The notes beneath the pieces were generated by a model. The model saw only the letters and a list, made by a program, of their open reading frames with translations, ran no database searches and was not told the DNA's origin. From Phoronis australis (lineage: Eukaryota > Animalia > Phoronida): a stretch of DNA of 64,000 bases. The stretch covers positions 1,207,059 to 1,271,058 of the forward strand of contig NMRA01000035.1 of assembly GCA_002633005.1 (NCBI GenBank). The letters run 5' to 3'. A program made the position numbers and the translations under genes. Shown one piece after another: positions 1-12,980 of the stretch. Each line of letters starts with the position of its first letter. Within the stretch, counting starts at the first letter, position 1.

Positions 1-1620
1 GTTATCGAAAAACGAGAAGTCAGAAAGCGAAAGATATCAGTAGTAGATGAAAATATCAATATTTTCGACACAAGTCTCCTCCCAGTGCCATTTCACCAAA
101 AGCGCATCAACCGAAGACATTATATCGTGATCTGAGAAACGATGTGAAAATGAACCAATCAAATTTAGTCGTTTTCAACTTATTCTTGTTTGGAGACCTC
201 TAAGGAGGCGACCATAGAAACTCGGGTCAGTCCATTTTTCAACAAAGTTCACGACACAGAGTCAATTTTAAACCCGCAGTGCACATGACGCGCGTTACTC
301 ATTTAGGACATGTTTTTGGTCTTCAGGGGGCATTTTAAAGAAATTCCAGTTATTAGGGCACTAAAAAGATGTGCTCGCAAACTCACGCTTGAGGAAGTTT
401 AAGGTAACATAAGAAAATCTTTATTGAGATTGCCAAAAGTCATCTCATTTGGAGACAGGAAAAGACCTTACACGATTTTCGTTTTTTAGCCATCTAAACA
501 GAGCGAAATGTGGTTTTGAATATAATTAGGCTCTACTGAAATTATCTCAAACACGAAATTAACTTTGAGGTATGTATTGAGCACTGTTTAGCTAGCACAG
601 GTGAAACTAGGGACATCCCATTTCACACTGTCGAGTGTTTTGATTCAATTTTGTCACGCGTTAAAAAAGTACCAGTCGTGCAATAAGGGCCAGTTAGCAC
701 ATTTTGCTCTAAATGGGTACACCGTTGCCGGGATTTGCTCCAAGCTCCCTCACTTAGACTTCTACATTGATTTTCTTCAGAAGGAGCATGTTTACGATGT
801 TTAAAAACAAGACATATTGCTGGTCATTGTAATACCGCAGTCACTTGTGTCAACTGCGGTTAATCGTACAATACTCGAATGCATTGTAGTCACGGATGCA
901 GAACCTCCTCCTTTGTGTAGATCAACCCTGCTAACGCATGTTATTCCTTTCGTGATAGTTATTCTATACCGTTAGTCTACGCTCAAATCACGTGTCGAAA
1001 GTTTCTGTTCTTAAAGTAACATAGTCCCAGGAATTTATGGCTATATTCTTCGCAAATAAACAAATTAAACCGCTTTTACGCCAAAAACCGCAGTTTGGGA
1101 GATTGTTTTGGGTACGATTGGTTTTTTGAAGATGTGATCTTTGGCCAGATCAGTAATACAACAAGAACTGTGGTGTCATTGCAATTTTACCTAATAGCGG
1201 ATGCCTGAATAACGGCAGCCAGTCAAAGTTACCCGAAATCGAGGTGGCGACCTCACCATTCACTTTAATTTGTGTTTCGTTTAAAATGACCGACGGAAGC
1301 ATAGTGTATTGCTGGCCAAAGTCGGCGACAAAAATTAAGCGCTAATTTACGTGAGAAAAAGAGTTGAATATCCAACTCTAAAATAACACTTGGGAACGTC
1401 ATCGTGGAGCACTGGCCTGCCGTTAGAGACGAGGTGAACATTTTCAGAAATGTCGAGCTCTGGTACACAGCCTGGCGGGATTGCATTTCTCCCCCGTGTT
1501 CCAGAGATATATTGACGTCCATGCTTACTTTTGATTGATAGTTAGCGTAAACCTGACGTTGTTCCTTTTGAAAAGCTTTTAACGTTACAAATCTGAATTT
1601 AAAACCGATTGAATACCGCG
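1..1620 (+). mobile_element. Degenerate BEL/Pao LTR-retrotransposon gag-protease remnant (recognisable from about 420), left copy of a duplicated block
   Basis: + strand from about 780 reads EGACLRCLKTRHIAGHCNTAVTCVNCG*SYNTRMH, matching the CX2CX4HX4C plus CX2CX3HX4H knuckles of BEL/Pao Gag (one His decayed to Tyr here, intact in the second copy). A decayed first knuckle precedes it; protease-region-like fragments (YGYIL, EVATSP, TLG.VIV) follow. Many stops and frameshifts. Aligns by eye to 14080-16135. Confidence 0.65.
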
Positions 1621-4150
1621 ATTGGGAGGTCTGTGGGAGAAAATTAATTGATCGCAGTGAAAGCTGTACTCCATGGGAGAGAAATCATCATCATCAACTG
1701 CCACCTGATAAAGACCTACAACTTCACATTCTTCCCCTGTCAAACCAAGACCTACTCATCTTAGGTGACTTTAATGGTCACTCACCACGCTGGGAATATA
1801 AAGACATGAAAAGAAGAGGAGAACGAACTGAAGACTTTATGATTGACAACTGTCTCATCCTCATCAACAAGCCGGACAATAAGCCAACCTGCCTGTCCCG
1901 AGCTTGGAAGACGACAAGCACTCCAGACCTTGCCATAGCCACGGAGGACATCCAGAAAACATGCAATAGGGTTGTTGCAAACCAGTTAGGAGGGAGCGAC
2001 CACCTACCAGTCCTACTTAATCTCTCACTACTAGAACAACCCTCCGTCACAAGAAAAGAGCCTAGCTGGAACCACAAAAAGGCAAACTAGACGAAGTTTA
2101 AAAAACTGACAAACACATTCTGCAGAAAAACCACCATTGACTCAAAGCAAGACATCAACATCAATGTCAGGCGGCACGCCAGAGCATTCCAAAGGGAAGA
2201 CGAAGAGACTACAAACCATACTGGAGTGACCACCTGCAAAGTCTCCATGACCTAGTAACATCAACCAGAGAGCAACTTGAAAAAGACCTAACCCCGAAAA
2301 ACACAGCAATCTACAACCAAGCAAGAGCTGCATTTGATGAGGAAAAAACAACAGAAATCCGCAAGTCTTGGCACGAAAAGACCATCTCTTTAAATATGGA
2401 GAAAGACACAGGGAAACTCTGGCAGCTCACAAAGACCCTAAACGACGACCACCAATGTACCCCAAGAGCAACGCTCCTACAAGAAAATTGACATACTTAA
2501 AAAGAGGCAAGAACAACAAACTGCCAGCATGACTAACGACTTCACCATGCAAGAACTGAACAGTTCCATCAGACAACTCAAGAACAAGAAGGCACCCAGA
2601 AAGGACGGCATCAGCAATGAGATGATTCAATACATTGGCAGTCTCACCAAACAGAGCTTCTGGACATTTACAACCAGTCTTGGAGAATGGGGGCTTTTCC
2701 AGTCAGCTGGAAGGAAGCCATAATCATTCCAATCTTAAAAATGGGGAAGGACAGGCACACCAATTGCAGCTAACGCTCCATCTGCCTCCTCAGCTGTCCA
2801 GGCAAACTCATGGAACGCATGGTCAACAAACGCTTGCAATATCACCTAGAAAAGAACAGGCTAATTAACCCCACCAAGTCAGGGTTCAGAAAGAAGAGAA
2901 GCACAGAGGACCAGATCACGCTGCTCACCCAAGACATAGAAAATGGCTTTCAGCAGAAAATGAAGACACAAGACGTCTTTGTGGACCTAACTAAAGCCTT
3001 CGGCAAGGTCTGGAAGGAAGGCTTGATCTTCAAGCTCCTCCAAAACCAAGTAGACACCGGTGACCTAAAGTCGTGAATATAAGCATAATAAGTGCTGATT
3101 GTCATACTACCCAATGTCCGTTAGCAACTGCTCATGTGATGTCATGGACATATATCAGCCTTCACAAATATACGTGTTTTGACAATCTTAATCCTTGTTT
3201 GTCTCCGTAAGCAGAGTTTTGAAACGGTCGCTGATATCGCCGGCCATTTTGAATGAGGCCCTAAGGTCGTGACCGTTTCGGTTAGACGGAAATACACGAA
3301 GTAAGACCACACAAGTCAACTACAGTGCGTACAGTTACTTTAGATGACATAAAAATGCATTGCATTGTTTATTAATTCAGTTGCAATTGAAATAAGTTGT
3401 TATATGTTTTGCACCCAACTTTGACGTGCACAGACGTTTTCAATGAGGTTGTTCACGTAAAACGCTAAGGACCCAGCATCAATTATCTCTCTGTATTTTA
3501 TTGCTTTGGCCTTACAAAACTTTATCGACCCTGGGACATTTTGATACATTGTTCAAGCTACCCCTGGAGCTCGTGTTTGAGTAAATCTGAAGGATGAATA
3601 TATCCCAAAAATGCACAAAAAAGTGGATTAGTGAAATATGCTGTTTTTAAGATACATTTGAAAAGGGAAGCCACTCACTCACTGTTTGTTATCATTTTGT
3701 GAATACCAACACATCCGGGTGTTTGTTTGACGTTCGCAAGCAGACGAACGCTGGAAACTTCAACGCAGATGTCGCGGGACTGCGCAGAAGAGGAAATAAG
3801 ATCGTTCACGACTTTAGGGCACTCACAACTTTAGGAACTCTGACGGTATGTGGCAAAATGTATGCGTGGATTAGCAGTTACCTCTTCCACAGATCTGAGC
3901 GAGTAAAGCTGAAAGGACAGACAAGCAAGCTGATTAGGACTAGGGAAGGACACTCTTTACTGTCTTCATTGATGACTGTGCTGACCACATGTCTATGCAC
4001 ATCTCAAGATGACCTGGCTGTATGGACGCAGAATACATCATGCAGGAAGCCATGGACATCATCCTAAATTGGACAAAAGAGTGCACTGGATGGTCGCGAT
4101 CAACAGGACCAAAACGGAGGCCACGTGCTTGTCCCTTTCGCCCAAAATAT
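1621..4150 (+). mobile_element. Decayed non-LTR retrotransposon (LINE, endonuclease + RT; I/Jockey-group-like), fragmentary and interrupted
   Basis: APE motifs (LGDFN.H, TPDLAIA, GSDHLPV) and RT motifs (KAP.KDGISNEM, WKEAIIIPILK, KLMERMVNKRL, SGFRKKRSTEDQ, FVDLTKAF.KVW, CGKMYAWISSYL, DDLAVW) across broken frames 1806-4150. Confidence 0.85.
3053..3846. mobile_element. Non-autonomous TIR DNA element inserted in the LINE RT region
   Basis: Inverted subterminal motifs CCTAAAGTCGTGAA (about 3064) and TTCACGACTTTAGG (about 3805); TA on both flanks (3051-52, 3847-48). Excising it restores in-frame LLQNQVCGKMYAWI. Confidence 0.7.
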
Positions 4151-4240
4151 TACACACCTGTAACATCCTTCGCCGCTGAGATAATAACTCTTGGGTTGTC
4201 TCCGGTGAGTCCATTCATGCTTGAATGTTGTTCAGGTAAA

Positions 4241-4992
4241 TTTTCATTGTCACAAACGTCATAATGGTTGTACGTCACATGCTGAAACTTCTGGAACAAT
4301 TCACATGACGTGACTTAGAAGTTAACATTGGAGCACGAAAATATCCGAGGATCTGTTTTCACTTTAATTCAAGAATTTCTGTGACTTTTGAATACACACA
4401 TGCCTGGTTTGTAGTCAAAAGTCATTGTATTCAAACTGAGTCATGATTCGTTTTTCGTTCTTTTGAAAAGTGTTATTTCCTTTTGCAAATTTACACGTGA
4501 CGTCACATTGCGCGTTCAGTTACGCAACGAGTTTTGAAAAAACTATCGTGCAAGTAAAGGGTCCTTTTGCTTTGCTCTGTGTATATTTGCTACAAACTGC
4601 GACTGATAATCGAGTGAAGTCTTTTATTCTTAAAAATCGGTCTGAAATGTCATTACCATGAATTGTCTTCTATTACCAAGAAGATCTTACAAACCGTCAG
4701 CTTTTATTCACGCGCAAACTAGTCATATCTGGACCCGCTAACAACTGAAATACTTGAAATTTCTGGTAAAGTGGAACCATGACCTTGAAAGTTCGTCTCA
4801 TTTCAGTTTGTTTAAAAAGTCTGTTCAACTACTATACTGTCATTTTTTATTCAGATATTTGATCATTTAGGTCGCGCGCATTGGTTCAGGGGTCTGAGGT
4901 CTGTAATTAAAAAAAATAAAATCGAAAATTTACCAGTTGCATGACACACTTCGAGCCACAGGCGCTTGAATTTCCCGATGACTTATAACCAT
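4241..4992 (+). repeat. Second part of duplicated block, paralogous to 16671-17537
   Basis: Both copies start TTTTCATTGTCACAAACGTCATAATGGTTGTACGTCACATG and stay collinear to GAATTTCCCGATGAC. Confidence 0.85.
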
Positions 4993-5926
4993 GTATGAGA
5001 AATCAAGGACTTGAAATAGTTAACAAGGCGGATTCCAGTTGTGCTTTAACGTGTACGTCTGTCAAAGACAAAATTTCAAATTTGAGCAAACAACCGCTAT
5101 GTCAAAGTCAAGGAATTTATCCCTAATTTAATTGATTAAGGTTAATAAGAAAGCTTCTACATCTGTGAAATGCGTTTCTTCTTATAGGTCATTTAATCAC
5201 TTAACCTAGAATTCAGTTGCAAGAACCGGCGTATCTTGTGTTTGGTCTCGACATTATGTGCTACTGTTTGTTGAAGCACAACGGAAACTCAGTTTTAGCG
5301 GAGATTTCCGTTGTCTGACCGCGCGTTTAGTCGCGGTAAATCACCTAGTATCGGCAAATGCCGGATTTCGCAGTAGGCCAGCGTTAGTAAACACCAACCC
5401 TTGATACTTCGGTTATAAGCAATGTTGTTTTTCATCACCCAGAGATTAACTACATTCAAACTGATGTTAAATTATGTGTGCGAGCGAAAACAGAGCATCG
5501 GAATTGCTTCTGGAAAATCTGCCAATAACCCGGATGTTCGAATGTCGTCTGCCATGAACGTCTTACGTCACAAAATAAAGGTACTTGAACCTGTGATTTT
5601 GGCGTTTTTTGACATTTTTGTCGTCAAATCAAAACTCGAAGGCAGTTTGAAGTGATCAAGTGAAAGAAGGTATTCATGAATTGTCTATATGGTGATTTCG
5701 TAGGGTTCCATGCTCATTTGAGTAAAAAATTCTGACCAAACCGATTTTTAGTGTCCAACCTTATGTTTTCGTAGCAGTGAGCGACGTCAGTGGTGATCAA
5801 GGAACAGATAAATACAAACGACTGAGCTTCGAGCTACCCTTCCAGGTAGCTGTGTGCGGACTATAGTAAAAATATTTTATCCAGGTTACCTTTGAGTAAA
5901 CGTACAAATTCTTACGCGAATCATGC

Positions 5927-6062
5927 CACTGGCGGATCTAGGATCTCGTAGAGGGAGGGAAATTAACACAACGTTTGAAGAAAAAATGTGTTGGCCTCTA
6001 AAAACCGCATACAAACGGCGTTTTTTGGTCGTGACCGTGGTGGACCCCTAAGTCCACCGGCG
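5927..6062. mobile_element. Short MITE-like element of the GGCGGAT family (diverged)
   Basis: CACTGGCGGATCTAGGAT ... GGACCCCTAAGTCCACCGGCG; resembles copies at 18841, 41574, 52829 and 63041. Confidence 0.4.
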
Positions 6063-8008
6063 TACGCAGCGTGATTGATCTGTATGGAACAGATCCTATA
6101 TTCACAGTATAGATGTTTTTAAGTATAAATACGGTTTGCAAATGGCTTTCCAAATCAAAAGTTATTCTGTTTGGAAATATTTCAATAGAGTTTGCCATTT
6201 ACAAATAACGATTAAGAGTTTACCAGAAACACGGAGGTGTTTTCACAATGCTCGCAGCATCATTTGACAGTCGCAGAAGTTGCAAAGACGTTTGTGTCTA
6301 TCTAACATCCTTGGCAAGCCCTACCGGAAAATGTGATACAGGTACTGCCAGCTAAATCACCAACAGATGGCGCCAACTTCCACACAGCTTGTCTTCATGT
6401 TCCATAAGGATGAGCAATCACCAAGATCTACGGCCACTTTACTTGTCTTGTTTTGACACTTTCACCATCACCTCGGTAGCGAATTACTTTTGATTCTTGT
6501 TGATTCGACAATCCAAATTATTTGATTTTTACTTTACCTTGACTTAAGTGGAATGTATAATACGCATGTGAATACTTCCTGTATTGAAAGGAACAAAAAT
6601 AAAGTTCATCCAGAGACAATATAATAATTAATTTATTTCCTGTTGCCAAAGCCTACTTTCTATATCGGAGACAAAGAACAAAGCCTTTGAAAAGGGACAG
6701 CTATTTTTTAAAAAAGGTATGTAAGTTGTTTTGTTAATTTACTTATTCAGGTCCTTAGCGGGAGGTTGGCATAGGGGTTGGGGTTGTAAAATTTGGTGCA
6801 ACTGAATGTGTGGAAATAACAGATAATAGAGTCCGGTGGAAGAGCATGGTGAGGCTATTCATGTAACAGTTTTGCTATCCATTTTAAACCCATAAAAATG
6901 TATTACATTTTCTGAATTCTCAATGAACATCTGTTCTGTAAATGTGTATAGTCCTTTACAGCCCATCACTGGGTCCAAGCTATTTATTTTCTATTTTACG
7001 TTTTCTACGTCACTTTACTTGTCACGGAACATGAAATTCATCCAACTACCAAAATCCGAAAAACAAATTCAGGTTATTGGTGAAGTACTGTGGCCCAAAG
7101 ATGACATCACGCGTTTCTTTTTTTTTATTACTGCAGGATCTCGAGATCCCCACTTTATTATCTCAATATCCCGACTTAATTATCCCACAATCTCGAGAAA
7201 CGCGCGATGTCATCTTCGGGCCACCGTAGTGAAGGGTCTATTTCTGTTTCATTTGTGTGTGTACAGAAACACCTCTCCTGCACACTGTTGACCTGCGCGA
7301 GCACCATCGTGTGATCACGCGACACTCGAGGTCAGAACTGAGGTCGCAATGAAATGTTAAATAAATGCTCATGATTTAAAATCATGCATCCAAACTTAAT
7401 CACTTTTCGTGCAACAAGTTGACACGAATTTTTAGAGCTTTTTTCTGAAATAGTAACGCTATCGTGGTTTTGGGAAGAAATGGAGAAAAATTAGCGACCC
7501 AAAGCGTTGCAGAAAATATTCATTGCAAGAAATGGAATGCATTGATCCTTTTAAGTACTAGTTGTACTGATAGCGACACTCTTACGATGGAAGTGACTGT
7601 GTAACGTAAGCAACAAGCGTTTTGTGCGTTTTTTGAAGCAAATATATTACACATGCGTATTTTAGAACAATCTAAGAGATTTTCATAACCTGCAGAGTTG
7701 CCGAAAATACGCAAATGACCGTACTTTTGTCCATTTCCAAAATCTCCGGTACCAAGTGCCAATCTTAACCCTCCTGAACATACAAAAACGTTTACAATGT
7801 GTTGTATGATGGTCAGCCAAACTTGAACAAGTATATCCTTCCCAGCTTCTGATTAAGAACACGACAAACGAATTTATGAATGACATGGCATAAAAAAGCT
7901 TCAATGAGTAAGGATAAAAAAGGCGTATCGTTATTCGGTATTGCAAAACAGCTAGTTGATGCCTGTGCCGCTTTGATGCCCTGGCGATGATTTTCCATTG
8001 CTGCAAGC

Positions 8009-8019
8009 ATGACTAAGCA
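8009..8019 (+). promoter_or_regulatory. Consensus antioxidant response element (Nrf2/CncC-Maf) upstream of GST1
   Basis: ATGACTAAGCA matches RTGACnnnGCA; lies upstream of the candidate first exon. Confidence 0.5.
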
Positions 8020-8221
8020 GGCGTGCGTTCAGTAGACGCTAAGACCTACGCTAGGACCTACGCTAGGACCTACGCTAGGACCTACGCTAGGACCTACGCT
8101 AGGACCTAGCTAAAACCTAGTCAAAGTTACGTGTTCTTATTTAAAATGCACGGCAATATCTCACGTAATCTCGCGAAGTCTTGCTCTTTAGCGAGGTTCT
8201 AGCGTTACTGAACGGGAGGCC
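8020..8221. mobile_element. MITE with internal 12-bp tandem repeat (GGACCTACGCTA, about 5 copies)
   Basis: TIRs GGCGTGCGTTCAGTAGACGCTA / CTAGCGTTACTGAACGGGAGGCC; sister copies at 32011-32148 and (partial) about 40330-40420. Confidence 0.75.
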
Positions 8222-8257
8222 GATTTGCGCGCTTACTAGAAGCAATATTAGTGACCC

Positions 8258-8296
8258 CAGTCACTCGTGTCACAGAAACGCGCCAAAGCAAGCAAG
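8258..8296 (+). other. Candidate non-coding first exon of GST1
   Basis: Inr-like CAGTC; CAGTCACTCGTGTCA and GTCACAGAAA shared with the GST3 candidate first exon; strong donor AAG|GTAAGG. The ATG exon has an acceptor 14 nt before ATG (9529), which implies an upstream exon. Confidence 0.55.
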
Positions 8297-8600
8297 GTAA
8301 GGTTCAGTCCGAACGTTTTGCATTATCTTTTAAGGTGTCAATATTAACATACTCAATCACAAATTGTCCTTTAGAATCTGAAAAAAATCCAACCTTAGGC
8401 AACCCTATAATATTTAGCCGCGCTCGGTCATAAAATACAAGTCTATCTGAGCTCGATCGGGCAGAACAGCTACCACGCATGGTAGAGGAAAATGTGTCAA
8501 TGCGGACCATTTAATGCAAAATGCTAGTCAGTTCAACAGTGTCCCAGTCTTTAGTGGTTATACCGTCTGTAGAAATGCATACGTGTGCTACATGTGTAAT

Positions 8601-8678
8601 CATGGGCGGAGCAGCACTGAAAAAGTGGAGAGTGGAGGGGGCTATAGCCCCCCAGCCCCCTATCGGGCGCCGCCCATG
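8601..8678. mobile_element. 78-bp mini-MITE
   Basis: Perfect TIR CATGGGCGG...CCGCCCATG; related inverted copy at 44176-44244. Confidence 0.6.
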
Positions 8679-9542
8679 AACAGGTTTTGGTTATAAAATG
8701 AGTCTTACAATAAATGTCTGCATGGTAAATTTTACTAATGAAATGGCAAACAGTTGGTCTTTTAGTTTGCGTCTGCAATTCTCCGATGTTTTAATGATTT
8801 GGAATAGACAGTAACTTAAGCGTTGACAATATGTGACCCATTTGATAACTGAGTAAACAAAACACAGAGAAAGGGCAGACTATGTTAAAAAGAGAGCACA
8901 GTTACCCAGGTAGACGTGCTGTTTGTATGCTTTTGGGTTTATCGTGGCCCATCAAGGCCTACGCTATTTTGTTCTGTGCGTGCCTTGATCAGCATCAGAG
9001 GTTTATCGCAGTGTGCGGCGCCGACCGCACGTATAGCTTTTGAGGATTATTTTACAACGTCTAAGGATTATAAAAAGTAATTCACATTCTGGCTATCCAA
9101 AGTATGTAAAAAGTATAGGAGGTAAGACAAACAATCAAAAAGATTGTAAAGCCAAAGGCAGTCTTCAGAAGAAGACTCGATCTTGCCCGTGTTTTGAAGT
9201 ATTATTGCTTTTTGGAAAACTAACCATTTCCAAGAACTAAGGGTTTTCACAAATATGTGGGACATAAAAAGTAACCAAAATCGGAAACAGAAAAATCAAT
9301 TCACCATCACTGGGTTTACTCTGCTTGACTGACAAGGACAGCAGTCCGCCTTAATTATCTTCACCTCAAGTGCTACAAACAACACAAAAGATACCGGAAT
9401 TAGCTGTCGGGAGTCGCTGGATAATGAGTCGATCCAAGGAGTGTTTAATATAATTGACAAATTCATGTCGTGGAAGCCGCTATCTTATTTTTGACGTGTA
9501 AAGACCTTTTCACTTCACTTTCTTACAGTTCCAAACTTAAAA

Positions 9543-12073
9543 ATGCCGAAATACGAGCTCATTTACTTCAACTGGCGGGGACGTGCCGAAACCGCCAGAT
9601 ACCTGTTTGCCCTTGCTGGTGTTGAATATACAGACAAGCGAGTCGGAGAAGAGGAGTTTCAAAAAATGAAGCCGGGTAAGTTAAAACAGCTATAAACATG
9701 CCTTCCATCACAAAAATGCAATTTTGATTTAGACCCCTATACCTTTTTGAGTTCGGTGTCGAATTGTTCCATAGTCAAAATGGATGTGATTTCAGGGCCT
9801 CCAAAGAACGGACAGTTCGTTATTGATCGGGTTCTTCCCATGGACGGTTTATCAAAGCGTGTCATTTCATGCGCCCAACATGATCTCAAAGATCTGGCCG
9901 TTCTTTGCCAAGCCAGACATATTTTGTCATCTGAGTAAGGAACATTTCTGGCGTATTTTACATGTGTGCACCCAGGAAAGGCTCGGAGGACTCGAACGAA
10001 CCCCCCATTTAGCGAAGTGGGTCGAAAAGTCCGTCTCAGAGATACAAAAACTCCGAAAATATAGAAAACGAGACAAAATTCCACAAAAAAGGCAGGAACT
10101 ACCAAAATTAAGCGAATGCGCAATTCACAGCTCTGAACGTACACCGTGAAACTTAGTAAAAAGTGCACATTCTCAAAAATTCGAGCCCCCACTTTTTAGG
10201 CTGGGAACGCGCATGTTTTTATAGCGGTAAGTGGTTTTAATCAAAAGTTTGCTCATTGGACAGAACTGAAACGCCTACTCGCTGCTACACATAGCTTATT
10301 TTGTGGTTCGAAACGGGCCGTCTTTGCCTTCAGCCTTCTTCAGAAAACTTTGTAGTGCTTTTCCAAACTTCTTCCAATTTTTTGCTGTTGACAACACCTC
10401 TGGTGGTCATATGTCAATTTTAACATTATAATTGCAGAGGGAGATAACTCCTCCGTGATGTGTACATTTATAGTCATCTAGCTGGGGTTATATTTGACTG
10501 AAACAGTCCTGCGTTGATGCTTCAACTATGTGCAGTCTCATGATATCGACTACTTATGTCGTCATATTCATCATTCATTGTTGGCCAGAATGTAATTAAA
10601 CGAAAGTGTGACTGACAGTATACGGGACAATTAGGAGTTTCTAAAATGAAATCATTAAAGAAATACGAAATAATTGTGTTCCTTCATAGAATGGCAGCCA
10701 CTATGTTGGACACTTATTAGAAGATAACAATTTTTCCATCAAAGAATTAATCTAATCATCTTTTTCAAAATTATTGTTGTATTGCAGATTTGTTGTTCAG
10801 TGGGCTTCCCGAACTGAAAGTAGACGACTTTCGCTTATGTCAAAGTGGGGCAATAGTCAGATACCTGGCCACGGAATTTGGTGAGTACTTATATTAATTG
10901 GCCTTTGAAAATACAGTCTGAACATCAAATAATATTAGAGTGGCGTTAGCCCTTAACATTTGCCTCGACAGAATGACCTAGAGGACATTTGGGCAGTTCC
11001 CATATTCCCGTTTCTTTTAATGTAAGATTGATGCATTCTACTTTCAGGCCTGATGGGAAGCTCCAAGAAAGAGCAGTTCACCATTGACATGATAACGGGG
11101 TGTCTTGATGACATCATTTCCCCTTTCGTAACCATAGTATATGAAAAAGACGAGGCAAGAAAGGTAAAACCGTGTCTTTATCATCCTGAATCCACTTCAT
11201 TACATTATGTGCGCAAGAGAATTATTCAATGTAAGGTCTCTAATTATAAGGAAAAATGTTTGTATTGTAGTATACCTTCATTTTTCAGGCTGATTTAATG
11301 GCGAAATACGTGGAAAAGTTAGCAGCGCTGCTGTCAAAGTTGGAAAAAATACTTTCAGCAAATAATGGTGGCAATGGTTGGTTCGTTGGAAATACGGTAT
11401 TTCGTTAGATTGGTTTTATATTTTCTGCATTCACTGGTCGCAAAACAAACACACAACTAACTGTGAAAAAAACGAGATTATGCTAGATCACGCAAAATCT
11501 CACGAGTGCTTAACGAGTGTTCTCGAGTCACACCTTAATAGCGAAACCAACAAGATGGCGGCCACTGAAGTGATTGCTCGACGAAGTGTGAATGTTGAAT
11601 TATGGGATAACATTCATTAGTTATGGGATGTAATTCAATGTTCCAATGTTTCTCGCTACTAATGCATGGCTAATGTCTTGGATAAATGGAACTCAGCCAA
11701 AGATGCTTTTCAAAACCTCAAGCGATGCAAAAGTGACCTAATGGAGTTACACGGTGTCTGAATCTTAGCTTGAGTCGTCTGAAAAACTGCCCTTCGAATG
11801 TTAAAAGTTCTTGAGAAACTGTTTCTAAGTTAAATCAATCTGTTATTTATTCTATAACAGATCAATTGTGACCTAGAACCCGAGAAAAAATTATCTTAAC
11901 CTTTTTAGCCATCGCTTGCCGACGCACACGTCGTCACTGGCCTGTCCTGGCTGAAGGGCCCTCCAGAGGAAGAACTCAAGAAATTCACAAAGCTCACAGC
12001 CCATATGAAGCGCTTCTACGCGGAGCCAAAGATTGCTATGTGGATTAAAAAGAGACCTGAGACCACTTTGTAA
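9543..12073 (+). CDS. Sigma-class glutathione S-transferase (GST1), 204 aa, 5 coding exons
   Basis: Exons 9543-9675, 10788-10880, 11048-11163, 11289-11396, 11909-12073, all GT-AG, 615 nt in frame. [33 protein letters not shown]...LPEL...[11 protein letters not shown]...GWFVG..PSLAD...[14 protein letters not shown]. Catalytic Tyr8, Arg14, cis-Pro52, Gln63-Ser64 and the N-capping SxxD are present. Confidence 0.93.
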
Positions 12074-12609
12074 ATATTCTTAAAACTATTAGTTTTAATG
12101 TATTGTTTTATTTTAGTAGGAACAATTTGAAATAATTTCACACATTAACTATTTTGAACTTATTTTTTATTGGTAGGGTTAAATTGTAGGTCAAGTTTTG
12201 GGCAGGGTCCAACCAACAAACGTTGCTTATCAACACACTTGTGCACTGAGAAAGCTGTGTTAATGAACAGAGATTGCACGTTCAAAATGCACATATGTTC
12301 TACCCGATAGGCATAGAGTGTTGAGACGCAGGGTTTCCTTTAAGGTTGTTTTGTTCAAAGCTACATGATCTATAACAATCACATCAATGATTTCAAGTAA
12401 AATTAGTTAAAGAACCAACAGTCCAGTTCGGATCTGTTTATTTATTTCTTTTTCAACTTTACGAAAGAAAACACTAGAAGTAGTCTTAAATGAAAGCTAC
12501 AAGAAACGTGGATCATAACCGTTGATGAGCTCACTTCTTACGTAAATGATCGATACACAGCTAAATCGGCCTGCCAATTTTACCAGAAGTGAAGAGGGTG
12601 ATAACATAC

Positions 12610-12980
12610 ACTCTCTCACAGTGCTACGAAAGGTAGCACTGTTGAATGTTGTTTAACATGGCTTCTCATTGGTTAAAGTAATGCACCCGACGTCTTAGCA
12701 TTCAGTTATTCTCATCGGGTTGAAGATCTGGGATACCCTTTCAGGTGACTGTAACGTAGTATGGCGACCACCTTTGACTTGAAAAGTTGCAATTTATTAA
12801 AACGGGCAGCAAACAAAATCAAAATAACCCCGATCCAGTGGGTTAAGCCCAAACAAGTACACTGTATAAAGGCTTGTGCAAGTGGTGACGATGTGATGAG
12901 TGTACTTCCGACCAAGGCATGCGCATCATGTTTCTACAGGGCCACTTTTCAGTATAGGTGACGCTGTGTCAGTGGGCAGT
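12610..12980 (+). repeat. Dispersed repeat with perfect hairpin and RecQ-like peptide fragment (second copy 19265-19650)
   Basis: Both copies contain CAGTGCTACGAAAGGTAGCACTG and are collinear; this copy translates as VKPKQVHCIKACASGDDVMSVLPT. Confidence 0.6.

Noticed and set aside
8044-8110. Regular 12-bp repeats, and other tandem arrays, as a CRISPR-like array
   Set aside because: Head-to-tail repeats with no unique spacers, inside a MITE, in a eukaryotic intron-containing locus.
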